From contig NW_003526943.1 in assembly GCF_000181795.1 (NCBI RefSeq), positions 7,864,672 to 7,928,671 on the forward strand: a DNA stretch of 64,000 bases, given 5' to 3'. Source of the stretch: Trichinella spiralis. Taxonomy: Eukaryota. The notes below the pieces were generated by a model. That model searched no databases. It saw only the letters and a list, made by a program, of their open reading frames with translations, and was not told where the DNA came from. Both the position numbers and the translations under genes were made by a program. Position 1 is the stretch's first letter; each line of letters begins with the position of its first letter. Below are positions 36,701 through 48,382 of this stretch, piece after piece.

Positions 36701-37454
36701 TTTTTCTTCGTAAAAAAATTTTATCATTTAAAAATATTTCATTTTTAGTTTTGTCCTGCTGTAAAAAATTTTTCAAAATGCTGAAAATGATAAGCAATAT
36801 TTTGATTTAATATATTTTAACAATCAACAATTAATGAAAAGTGATTCGAAACTTTCAGTCATCTAATTTCCTGACCGAGATGTGATACATTTATTCTCTC
36901 TATATAGACGTTCGATTTTACTAAATTTATTTCTGTTACATTCAACTGAAAGCCCATCTACCAATGCTTATTAATTATTGCTGTATTGGTAGTGCAGCTG
37001 CTGGATAAAGCTGTTTATGTGAATATTTAAAATGTTTTTTATTATAAGGAATAAAATATTGTATGCGGCGAAAGAGCGCTGTCTGCTAGATGGACGCGCG
37101 CCGTTGACTCTGCGCTCGTCGAGGCTAAGCCATTAAGCACGTAGCAGCTGTAGAACAGAGTACGTTGTAAAAGAGGTTCAGGAATCGACTGATGGTATAA
37201 ATTCCATACATCTCAGTAGGTTCGGGATAGGAACCTGATGGATCTGTAGAGCAGCATGCATTAGGATTGCATTTCATATTTTCATGGGGCAGCGAGAATC
37301 GAACCCTATGAGTTCAGCACGTCAAGCTATATGGCTTATCACCGTGCTACATGTATTAGTATCATATTTGATATTTTCATGAGGCAGCGAGAATCGAACC
37401 CTACGAGTTCAGCACGTCAAGCTATATGGCTTACCACCGTGCTCCACGCTGCCC
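33718..37454 (-). ncRNA. Five minus-strand A/B-box units: 33718-33792, 35198-35264 (truncated), 35293-35367, 37285-37351 (truncated), 37380-37454
   Basis: Reverse complements of the plus-strand units, located in the right outer arm. Confidence 0.6.
33976..34254 (+). CDS. Second (mirror) copy of the REEP/HVA22 exon
   Basis: Same open exon with three amino-acid differences (F/L, L/F, T/A). Confidence 0.7.
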   Translation, partial: AMKTIMEIEVEEKINLNQWMFYWVTFGLFAIGDFFAHFIGDIFSFYWLLKLTFFLWLFMQSCRGAEKLYEKLVKLSCNQHPDHTGNKTADKE

Positions 37455-37942
37455 AACGGCTAATATCTTTCAATTCTTAATATAATTAAGCAATTCATAT
37501 TTACTACGAAATATTATTGAATTATTTATAAAATTTTACATTTTCAATTTTATTAACTATATTTATTGCATTGCCTCGTGTTTCTTTTAATTTTTGTGAA
37601 TATTAAATTTTATCACCTTTATTTTTCAGTTCAATGGCAAATAATTTATAAAATTTGACAATTGTATTTTTCAAATATTTTTTTATTGGTGTAGTCTCTA
37701 TCAGTAAAATTTTCAGAGTTAATTTTCCATTGGTTGGCAAAAAATCGACTTGTCATTGAATAGCTTCCCATTGCATAGTTATGGCGTAATAGCATTTATT
37801 CTCTCGTTTAAACTTTTCATTGATCAAAATGGTTCTGCTTTGATTAACTACAATTATTTTTTATTTCATTGGTCCAAATTTTTAATTACAAAATAATTCA
37901 TTGCTGTTTTCAGCAAATTAAATAATAAATGATGTTTTAAAT

Positions 37943-39030
37943 GACGGAAAGACTTTACTTGTAATGACAACACAATACCAAGCTAAAGTATGACGCACAT
38001 GAGATTACACACACAGAGAGACAATACACAACGAGAGAACGCGGGAACACACCTATGCACGCACACTGGTGACGGTAAACTACTGCACCTACTGTAATAT
38101 GTTCCTGCGCGTTCTTTTTGTAGATATTTTTGATCGCATAAAAATCGCAATGCATTACAAATGTTATGCCGCATAACACTTTATCTTGTCAAATTATAAA
38201 AGCCCCAACTTGAGACGAGACCTAATTGATTAATTATGAATGATGTTATGACATACTTAGTTAATGATGAATGAACAATGTTCATGTCTATATGTTGTTT
38301 CTGACGGTGGTTTGCAATGAAACGTTCAAAGTACAAATAAAAGTAAATAGCCATATATGCAGAAGCAGGAATTGATGCACCTAATCGATACACAATTGTA
38401 ATTAAAAGTATTTTACATTTCAATCTGTTATATTTATTGATTTTCATATTTTTGAAAATTTACTTTCAACATACAGCAGTTGATCAGCGGGTAGTAGAAG
38501 ATGTGGCATAATGAACGTACAGCCCCTCTGCTGCATAGACGGAAATGTAGAATCAACAAATTCGGAATCTCAGGAAAACCGTGCTTTATTAATCGAAGGA
38601 GAAACTGGTCTTGAAAAGTGGTAATCATGGTTTAGTGCTTGTAAAATCCTCGTCAGTTTATATGTATAATCTTTATCAAGCAAACCAAATCCCGCCAATG
38701 GCTATCACACAAAGACTGCTTATTTGCACAGATTCTAACTGACTTCCAGTAAATATGAATAAGATGCTCATGTGCAGTTCTTATTTACTGCTAATAAGTG
38801 TTATTTATGCCACAGTGTAGCTAGAAAATGCAGACCAATTCGAAAAGGAAGAATAAATATATCATATAGCTTATATAAATACTTCTCCTATTAGATGCTT
38901 TTACAGTTATGGGACGTTAGTTTCTTTTTTCATGCTAGCATTTAGCATAGACCTGACGCGCTGTATTCGATGTACTGCAGATTTTGCACTTTGGAGAATG
39001 TTGTTGACGATGCTGAAGCAATGATTTTAG
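37943..39030 (-). repeat. Third, partial copy of the inner arm (matches 27635-28702 on the same strand)
   Basis: ACGGAAAGACTTTACTTG... to ...GATGCTGAAGCAAT; more diverged toward 39030. Confidence 0.9.
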
Positions 39031-39576
39031 GAGGTGTCCAGAAATATGCTACCACGGCATAGTCAGCTGTCTAATCAGTTTCCAAATATCTAATGAGTTT
39101 GTCAGCTGATATGGCGTATAAGATTACTGTGATTCTGGTGAATGCATAAGAAGGACTGTGATTGAATAAAATATGCTGTACAATCATGACAAAGGTCGGT
39201 AGCACGAATAAAAGTACGTCGAGGTAAAGGTTGTTGCTTATATTCATTTTTGTACAGTTTGTGTTAGTGAAACCATCTTGACTATGTTCATGCTCGTCTA
39301 ACACCGCGGAAATCAATATAATTAACAGTGCAATAAATAAATGCAGGTGAGATTGATTCTTGCAGTTGTAATCCACTGTATTATTTAATTAAAATTTGTC
39401 ATAATGAACGAGCTTATAATAAATTATTTATTCATATTAAATTTCAATTGATATTTGTTTTTTAATTATAACAGATTTTTATTTTCTGAGAGGTAGTTGT
39501 AAAATTATATTAACTTGATTTTTTTTCTACTGTTGCTTACTGTCTTTTACGTAAAGAATTAAAAATTTTAACAAAT

Positions 39577-40895
39577 ATGGTGTCGTTTTTTCTGAAATCG
39601 GTTCCTGCAAGTTGCTTGTAAGTTGCATTATTTGTTAATTAATTAAATCACATAAATGAGTGCTGTGGTTTTATTTTTCGATTATAATACTGCGATGAAA
39701 ATTTGGTATTTATTTCGAAAATTCATTTCACAAGCATAGGTGTAAAATACTTTTATGCGAAAAGTTGAAAAAAAGGTTAACTGACATTTGTTTGATGATG
39801 CATTTGAATGGCTGTAATGTTAATCTTTTATGTTCAGAATGAAATTTGCCCGGCTTTCCACGCGTTGCATTTATTTTCTTCAGTTTGTGATGCATGTGCT
39901 TTATTTATTTTAATTCTTTTGCTATAAAGTGATTATTCGAGGAAACGAAAAAGAAATAAAGAATAGTAATGAAATGTTGCATTTTCTGTGTGGCATTTAG
40001 AATGTGGATAAAATATATAATGTTTGAAGTTGTTTTGCATAATTTGAGGATTCGATATGATTTTTTTTCAATTTATGAAATTTAAATTCCATATAATGAA
40101 TGCAATAATGGTTTGTTAAAAGGCGGTGCCTGCGTAAGAAGCACACGTTGCCCGATTTGCCATATGACTTCGGTGCTCTGGAACCGTACATATCGGCTGA
40201 AATTATGCGACTGCATCATCAGAAGCATCATGCCACCTACGTGAACAATTTGAACATTGCCGAAGAGAAGCATAAAGAAGCGCTGGCGAAAAGTACTTAT
40301 CAGTAGTCATAATATGAATTAATGGGAGTGGCAGTGAAAAAAGAATTTTTTTTTGCATTCATAATTTCAGAAGATACTACTGCTGCAATAGCGCTTCAGC
40401 CGGCTCTTCGTTTCAACGCCGGTGGTCACATTAATCACAGTATATTTTGGAAAAATTTAGCTCCGAAAAGTGGCGGCATGCCTGTTGGAAAACTGGCGCA
40501 GGCGATTACGAACAATTTCGGTTCTTTCGACATATTCAAAGCGAATCTGACCGCCGCGTGCATTGGTGTGCAGGGTTCCGGTTGGGCATGGCTGGGCTAC
40601 GATGCTAACATGAAACGGCTGCAGATTGCCACTTGTGCAAATCAAGATCCATTACAAGCGACTACTGGTAATTTGTCCTTTATCTGTTCTCACGGTGATT
40701 TTTTGTGCAAACCCATTTTTTATCCCCACTCCCATTTCAGGTCTGATTCCACTGCTCGGCATTGATGTGTGGGAACATGCGTATTATTTGCAGTACAAGA
40801 ATGTCCGAGGGGATTATGTAAAAGCAATTTGGGAAGTTATCAATTGGAACGATGTGCAACAGCGATTTGCAGACGCTGTGGGCTCTGGTAATTAG
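39577..40895 (+). CDS. SOD2: Mitochondrial manganese superoxide dismutase, 4 exons
   Basis: [85 protein letters not shown] and [21 protein letters not shown] introns. Confidence 0.97.
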
Positions 40896-41304
40896 ATGGA
40901 ACTAGAAGATTGCGTAGCAACTGAATCATCTTTTTAGTAGTCAGTTTAAAGTAAACAATGATAATAAAGAGCACGAATAAATAAATAAATAAATATAAAT
41001 AAATGTGCAGCTTTATTTCATGAAAAAGTTAAACAGACAGATATAGCACAATTGTATACTATGCGTTTCTGCAAAACATTCGACTGTAAAAATAAAAAAA
41101 AAGGTGAACGCTCATCTTGTAGTACAGCAGCTTTGACACTTTGCGGAACGTAGAATTTATGCTGTGAGCAAAGCAGTTTTTTGAAGTGTTAAAATTTTAT
41201 GGAGAATATGATAACAGAACAGTTTTTTCGATGCACATACAGTTTGCTTTATCGAAGAGGAAAAAGGGGAGAGATCTTTTTCAAAGAAAAAGAAAAATGA
41301 CAAT

Positions 41305-41306
<2 letters not shown>

Positions 41307-41348
<42 letters not shown>

Positions 41349-41372
41349 ATTGTTGTTGTTGTTGTAGTAGTA
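41307..41372. repeat. (AGT)n/(TGT)n microsatellite
   Basis: Direct reading; it accounts for the poly-Ser/Cys ORF 41186-41443. Confidence 0.95.
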
Positions 41373-41494
41373 GCAATAGTATATTAGACGACGCTCACCA
41401 ATTAAAAGTGGAAACCGTATTTCAAGCAGTCTTCTGCAAATGAATGCAACAGTTGAAATATAAAAAGAAAATCATTCACATTTTCAAAAGTCGT

Positions 41495-44400
41495 TCAGTG
41501 AAGCCCAGGAGGGGATGGTTCGTTACCTTTGTGCGGCCAATAGATGGCGTCATCGAATGGGCCATACTTTTGAAAATTCAAACCTGATGGACCGGCAATG
41601 TCTTGCAAATCCGCACCAGCAGAAATTTGCATCCAGCTGGGACTGTTCAAGCCATCCAGCGGAACATCACCAAATACCCTGAAAAAAAAGCAAGCAAGTA
41701 AACATAATGTATGGATACAGATTGTAGAAGAAAAAGAGAAGCTGATGCAACTACTTCTCGAATGAAATGTTGTTTTATATTTATAGCAAAAAAAAATAAT
41801 ATAATATTCTCAAACTGACTGCATGTTTTGGATGTTTTCAATGCTACCCGGGCCAGGCGGCAGCCAAAGATGATCCGAATGAACAACCGGCGACACTGAA
41901 GGCAATGGTATCTGCGCCGCTGCCGCCGACAGTGTCTGCTGCTGCTGCTGCATCGATTGCAGTGCTTCTCGAGTATTCATAACCACTGACTGTTGTTGGT
42001 GTTGTTGTTGTTGATGCTGCTGCTGTTGCTGTTGTTGTTCAAATTCTGTCAACATTAGAAAAAAAATACAATTAATTTGATATTCAATTTATGTGAAAGC
42101 AAGCAAACAATTCAACCCGAATGTAGCAGGGCGCTTCCACCGAACTGTACATCCGCCGTTCGTACGCAGCTATTGCCTGAAAGACAAAAACAAAAAACCA
42201 AAAAATATGTATATATATTATATATATATATTTCTCCCCTCCCCTTTTTGATTCTCCCATTTTACATGGAAAATTGTGCTGACGAACAGCACCGGATATT
42301 GGTTGACTGGGAATGAATGCGGAGGGTCGCATCGGATTTTGCAATTCCACTTCGTTGACGGCGCAGTACGGTCTGCTGCTTTTGGCGCTCATGGTTGTCG
42401 TCGTGTTGGCACAAATCGGTGGCCTCTGTGCAGCCTGTTGAATGAACTGCTGCAGGGATGTCATGTTGACCGTCCGGAAACTTCTCAAATTCAACAACTG
42501 ACTGGCGACAGCCATTGGAGACGGTCTAGAAGCAGCGCCGTTGTTGTCGGATGGAATCATCAGCAGTTGGCGTGTAAATCTGCCCAAACCGTTCTCCACC
42601 GCCATATTTCTCGCGGGTCGCCTTCAAAAGTTTTTTTTTCTTTTTTTACAAAACATCCAATCCAATAAAATAATTGTTTTCTTCTGTGCAATCAACTTAC
42701 ATCAGTGACGGTACAGGGTCCGGATTCACTTGCATCCTCTGAAGCAGAAGACTGTTGGTCGCAAATTCCTGTTCACTCTTGTTCACCAACGGCGTGGAAA
42801 CTTCGCCCTTTCGGTAATCCTCGTCGTCACTGCTGTGCAACGTCAAGTCGATGATTTCTCGCTCATCAGTACAACTGCCACCGCCACCGCCCTTCTCACT
42901 GACTCTGGACGCAAGATTCGCTGAATCAATTCTTGAATCTTAAACATTTTCAATTGGTCAGATTTCAATTTCAGAGGCAAAATATCCACAGTTCATGCTT
43001 CGACTGAATATAACAACAAATTAAGAAATTAATTCACACATTTACTTTTCAACTGGCCACGACCACGCCCCCTGCGCGTCGTTATAACACCAACTGGCAG
43101 TGATTGGTCGCTGGCTTTTTGCCGAGAACCTCGACGCCGACCCTTCAAGTAGGTTCTTCCTGCAAAAAAGGAGAAAATAAAATTTTTTGAAATTTCATCT
43201 CATAATTAATAATTTTTCAAACAAAACACACAGAACAACCAACGACAACAATAGAAAAAAAATCCCTTACCCGAACTCACAGATGGTTCGGTTTTGCACG
43301 CTTTATCTGCGGGGTCATCTTGCACAACGCTCAGGTCAACACTTTCCACAGTCCGCCTTGCGCAAACGTTCTCCTTCATCAATGACCTTTTCACTTCATT
43401 CCATTTGCCATCGATGTCAATGTTCACAGCTACAGCATCCCGGGACGCTTTGTTCATCAGTTCCATGTAAAAACTTGAAGAAAAACGAAACAAAACAAAA
43501 AAATATTATTTAATAATGAAAAAAATAATCATTTGCAAAAATGAGATAATTACGCATCCAAGTGAACGTTCTCAAATGGCATCGGTATTCGGCATATTGG
43601 ACACAGCCAATCCGCCTTGTCGTAGTAAAATTCCAAAAACGCCATACCGTCAAAGCAGTCCAAATGAATACAGTTATGCGATCGACACGGATATTCAAGC
43701 CGTTGTTTGGACAACTAAAATTATGTAAATATTGTATGAAAAAAAATTTTTTTTCAATATAAATAAAAAACACTTGCCGGACAAATCAAAGACAAACGTT
43801 CGGATGTCAGCATCAATCCATCATCTTCTACACCCATGCTTCGACGCACTACAAATACAAAATACAAACAACTGAAAAAACAATCAAATGTGGAACTTTA
43901 ATCACATTTTATTTTAAATCCATTCACTGAAAAAAAATATGTTGAAATTCAAATTTTCCAAAAAAAATCAAATCACTGTTCAATAATTGTTACTTGAATT
44001 ATCTTTTCACAAGAGCAATAATAAAAAAAAAATAAAACACAACAAAACACATTCTTTTCTTCGGGGTTGTTGTTTCTTTTTTTTGAAATGATAATATTAT
44101 CACAGTTTACTGTAAACTCGTGTAAATAAAATGCTTACGCAAAGATAAGAATCGTTCTTTGGCAAAATAATTTCTTTCGAGAAGTATTCTTTTCATTTCT
44201 TTCAGGGAAAGCATGCGTACAAAGTCGATTGCAGCAGAACAGCGCTAAACGATGAAAAAAATAATAGTTTTTTTCTTTTCTATACATGAATATATATATA
44301 TATATATATACGTATATATAAGCTTACTATTTGAGTAGAATCATACGCCGGATAAAATATGAGCACTTCTTGTGCAATAACATCACCATGTTCACGGATG

Positions 44401-45097
44401 ACATAAGGCAGTAGATTGATCGGATGCGCTTCTCTTCCAATTATAGCGCCGGTTTTGGAACAGATCTTTGGATGCTGAATTAATTCGACGATTACAAAAC
44501 CAATTCACATAAATACCAACAATTGGACATACAAATGCAGGCACTTCTCGCCCGTTGCAGAGAATTCTGAGGTCTTTGGGAAAGTCTTCAATGCCGACCA
44601 TGGGGCCGATGAAGTGAAGATGAATTTCAAAATTGTGCGCTTTCCCAGCCCTGAAGAGATCCGCTTTGAAACAGTTCAAAAATAAACATCAAATAATTAA
44701 AACAGTCTACATTATTTGCAAAATCCGAGGAGTCAATTTGAAGTTCATTCGAGTGAAGTAGGATTCGCTAGTCGGGTAACAACTGTATATTAAATTTTCT
44801 AAAAACGCAACGTTACATTAAAATTTTATAAATTTTCTTATTTTCAAATCATTCGCTCAACATTTTTTATTCAACATCAAATAAAACACTCATGCTATTC
44901 ATACTTTGCGCATAAAATTCTAAAAACAATTAAGCTGAAATGATCAACAAAAAGCAGCTTTTCGTACAAATATTCAACAAAAAAGAAAACATTTTACCAA
45001 ATGGTCTGAGCGGAACCAATGATTGCTCCAAAATATATCTTGGATAAATTTTACTGCGATATTCTTTCTGTATTTGCTGCTTATTTTCCAAGTCCAT
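41495..45097 (-). CDS. PIAS-like SP-RING (zf-MIZ) SUMO E3 ligase paralog 1, multi-exon, Q-rich C-terminus
   Basis: PINIT-like N-terminal exons (YPRYILEQSLVPLRP; EDFPKDLRILCNG). SP-RING SERLSLICP|LSKQRLEYPCRSHNCIHLDCFDGMAFL......WLCPIC, then IDGKW. SIM-like ..IIDLT..DDED near 42860, poly-Q exon, and last exon ending PSPPGLH*. Confidence 0.85.
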
Positions 45098-48000
45098 CTA
45101 AACAAAAAAATTTTCACCAATTAATAAACTGAAAATTGTAATGTTATCCAAGTAATAGCGAAAAATTTACCTTCAAATAAACGTTCAACAGATTAGCTCA
45201 ATGTAGGGAAAACAAAAGCTTACAAAAATAAACATGCAACTGAAATGTGTGACAAAATAATGCAAACAATTATTGTAATCTAAAAAAAATTCTAATACAA
45301 CTAACTTTATATCAAAAACAACAAATAGTAATCATTAGAAACAGTAGACAACAGTGATTAAATAAAAAGCATCTTTATGCATACTTTATAACAATCAAAG
45401 ATTCATTGAAATTATTTACAGAATTAGAAAAATGCCAGTTTAACCTGCACTAATTAAATCGATCAATCGGCAATGTTCATTTCAAACTTCACATCACTGT
45501 GAATTTCAAAAGAGAATTAATTATAATTGTAATTTTTCAAAATTACGTAAAATGAAAAAACCTATTCAGAAAAAAAATCATATTCTGCCTCAACATTAAA
45601 GTTCGACGAGAGAAACACTATCGGAAAGATTAATTAGACCAAATTGAACGGAAATCAAAACACTTTCACTTTAAATCTCATTATATGGATCAAATTGATA
45701 TTATTTGAGCAAAACTGTAAGAAATGACTTAAACTTGTGTAACAAATTTATAAAATTTAACTAAAATACAATTACCATAAATTGAATTCATAAAAAAACA
45801 ATTTTATTTTATCGGAACAGAAAATTATGCTGCAAAGCGACAAATAAACAAAACTTATTCAACTGACGATGCATAACGCACGCACAATAGGCATCAATAA
45901 TAAATTTGTGCAGTTGTAATTTAAAACACGTGACTTAACTTTAAATATAAAGTTCATTTTATAGTTAACGTTTATCGTTTACGGCAATTTATTGAAAACA
46001 ATTCAAAAAGAATAAATACACAACAATCGTCCATATATTTACAAACATACTTATACATTACGGTATAGATGACATAATTAAAATTTCTGAAATTGACGTG
46101 ACACCACAGGTAATAAATGTTTTAAAATTTCGACTGGTAAATTTGCCACTTCACAGTTCATTTATAGTGGTGCAATTTATTGAAAATCTGAACTTACATT
46201 GATCAACTATCGATAAATTCAATCAATTATAAACAGTTGTGATTCAACGTAAAAACAAACTATGCTGCTTATAAGACATATTTTAAGCATAACATCAGCG
46301 TGGTGTTTCAAAAAAACAGATGAACGGCTGTATGAAATGAAAATAACAATTTGCAACAAAATATTTTAATGTAAATAAGATGGCAAACATGTCCAGCTTA
46401 CAGTAATCTTTAATAGATCTCAGGTAGAAATAAAACAGCAACTTGACACTGAACTTCTGAATTGTTAATATTCGTGAAGTAATTGTAAATGTATTTTCGT
46501 AATAAAAATACAATTGAAATTTTCACTGCGAATGATTGAATTGCAATAATTATTTTATCAAAAGTGAGCAATTTAGAGGTGCTTTGCTTGATTGGCTATG
46601 CTCTTATTGGTCAGATCTGGTCAGAGGCCAGTTGTGTCATTTCTTTGGGTTTTTACGATCTACTGCTCGCGTGCTTCTGCTAATTTTCGCTCTCCGCTAA
46701 TTAGTGCTGGGTTGACTGTCAAGTTCAGTGCAATAATGATGAAGAAACTACCACTCTGATTTGATCTTATTTTTCAAATATAATTCAACACAGACGTAAA
46801 TAAATAAACAAACAACATACAATTAAATATTCTAACATTTGAATTTATCAAAACTTAACTTTCCGTTAAATTCGTACTGTAAAAAAATGTATGTTCTTGT
46901 CCGAAGTAGCCTTATTTTGTTGTGACGAATAATGCCTTTTTTGAGTTGACCGTTGAACAACTGCTGTAAAAAATGTACTCCCCAACTGCGCCTGCTACTG
47001 CTTTATTTCATTAAAGCCGACGCTTCATCTTTCGACGCCGAATGTTATGCCATGGTAGGAACAAACGAGACATCGGGTCGGCACCAAGTATACAAACAGC
47101 TTGCTCGATACATTGCCGTCTTTAAAAACATTCGCTAGGGGGACACAGATTGATCTTCTGAAGATGTTGGGATGAAATGGGCCTGTTTGCAGGGTCGATG
47201 AAATGTGACACAACGTGGGAGGCGATTAAGCACTGTTTACAGAATTGTGGAAGTAGAAATTGAATAAAAGAACCTCGCGCATTCATTCCTCAATTCAGCA
47301 CAGATACTCGTCGACCCTGGGAGAGTAATGGAAAAATATTGCTACAACAGTTGTAGCTAAGGTAACCGGTGATATACGGGTTGTGACACAAACTCGGCGA
47401 CGATGAATGCGAAATTTCTGGTGTCCCCACTGCACGTCCCATTTCAAGACGATAATATGACAGCAGATGTATATCTTTGGTCATCCCAATACTGTGGGGG
47501 GGGAGGCACAGCAGTAAAAATGATCCACTTGAGCCAGGACCACTAAATCAGATAGATTTGACCGGTGTACTTACCGTTGGGATTTCAGAAGTTTCAAGCA
47601 GAAAGCATGCAAGCTGATGATATGATTGAAAATGTTTCTTCTTCAAATTCGGTAGGCGAGATCGCGGTAAAAGAAAAAAGAGTGTTCAGATTTGAAATCT
47701 GTTTCGATAGCAGCAATTTTTTATGATTATTCACATTCTATCTTTGTTGGTGTAAAGCTCGTCCGGTAAAGATGTCCATTCCGGATCACCGAAAAATTAT
47801 CTGAACATTGAAGATGCTTTTCTTTGTCATCGAAGTTATTACAAATGCGGATCAGAGACTGATATTCCGACCGTGTTGGGAGAAGCTTTGAAAGTAACAG
47901 CTCTGATGTAGACTGGACTTTGGGGTTCGCCGAAAAGGGAAAATATTCTTCCAACGAAGACAAGAAGTGAATGTGAATGACATTTTCAACTTTGAAAAAC

Positions 48001-48382
48001 AGATCAAATCCATACAACATCGAAAGCATTCGACCCGTTAATAGCTGCTGGTGGAACCATGAACTCTCGCGACAGTCAGAAAAAAAAATTTTTCAATACT
48101 ATTGAACAATAAGAGACAAGTGATAAAGAAATCCGTGCGATTTGCATGAGCTGTCAAGCAGTGGACGCCTATTCGAACCACTAGCAGAACGAACTCGACA
48201 ATCCTGGAACCACAACGCCTGCCCACTTTCCCCCTACTCAGAAGGATAAGCCGTATCTGTTTCTGATGATTACGTAGATTTCTATTTCTGGCCATCTCAC
48301 TCTGCTTTTCCACTTCTCACAGCCTTATTTCAACTTTTTCAGGAGTCTATGAAGAAAATACGTTTTATTTTTTTCATTTTCC

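Larger units (their letters stand above)
33710..37904 (-). repeat. Outer inverted repeat, right arm
   Basis: Reverse complement of 18094-22312; the ORF track shows mirrored ORFs, e.g. 21196+/34635- and 21769-/33931+. Confidence 0.95.

Noticed and set aside
18544..37454. Repeat units as a CRISPR-like array or a self-cleaving ribozyme
   Set aside because: Spacing is irregular, the intervening sequences are themselves duplicated, and there are no cas-like ORFs. There is no hammerhead core (CTGANGA/GAAA) and the HDV-like element order is not met.
39030..39376. 101-aa hydrophobic ORF at the amplicon's right edge
   Set aside because: Starts at GTG, no family recognised, and it abuts a repeat junction; possibly a relic but unsupported.
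41186..41443. Poly-Ser/Cys ORF
   Set aside because: Product of an (AGT)n/(TGT)n microsatellite in the convergent 3' region of SOD2 and PIAS-like paralog 1.
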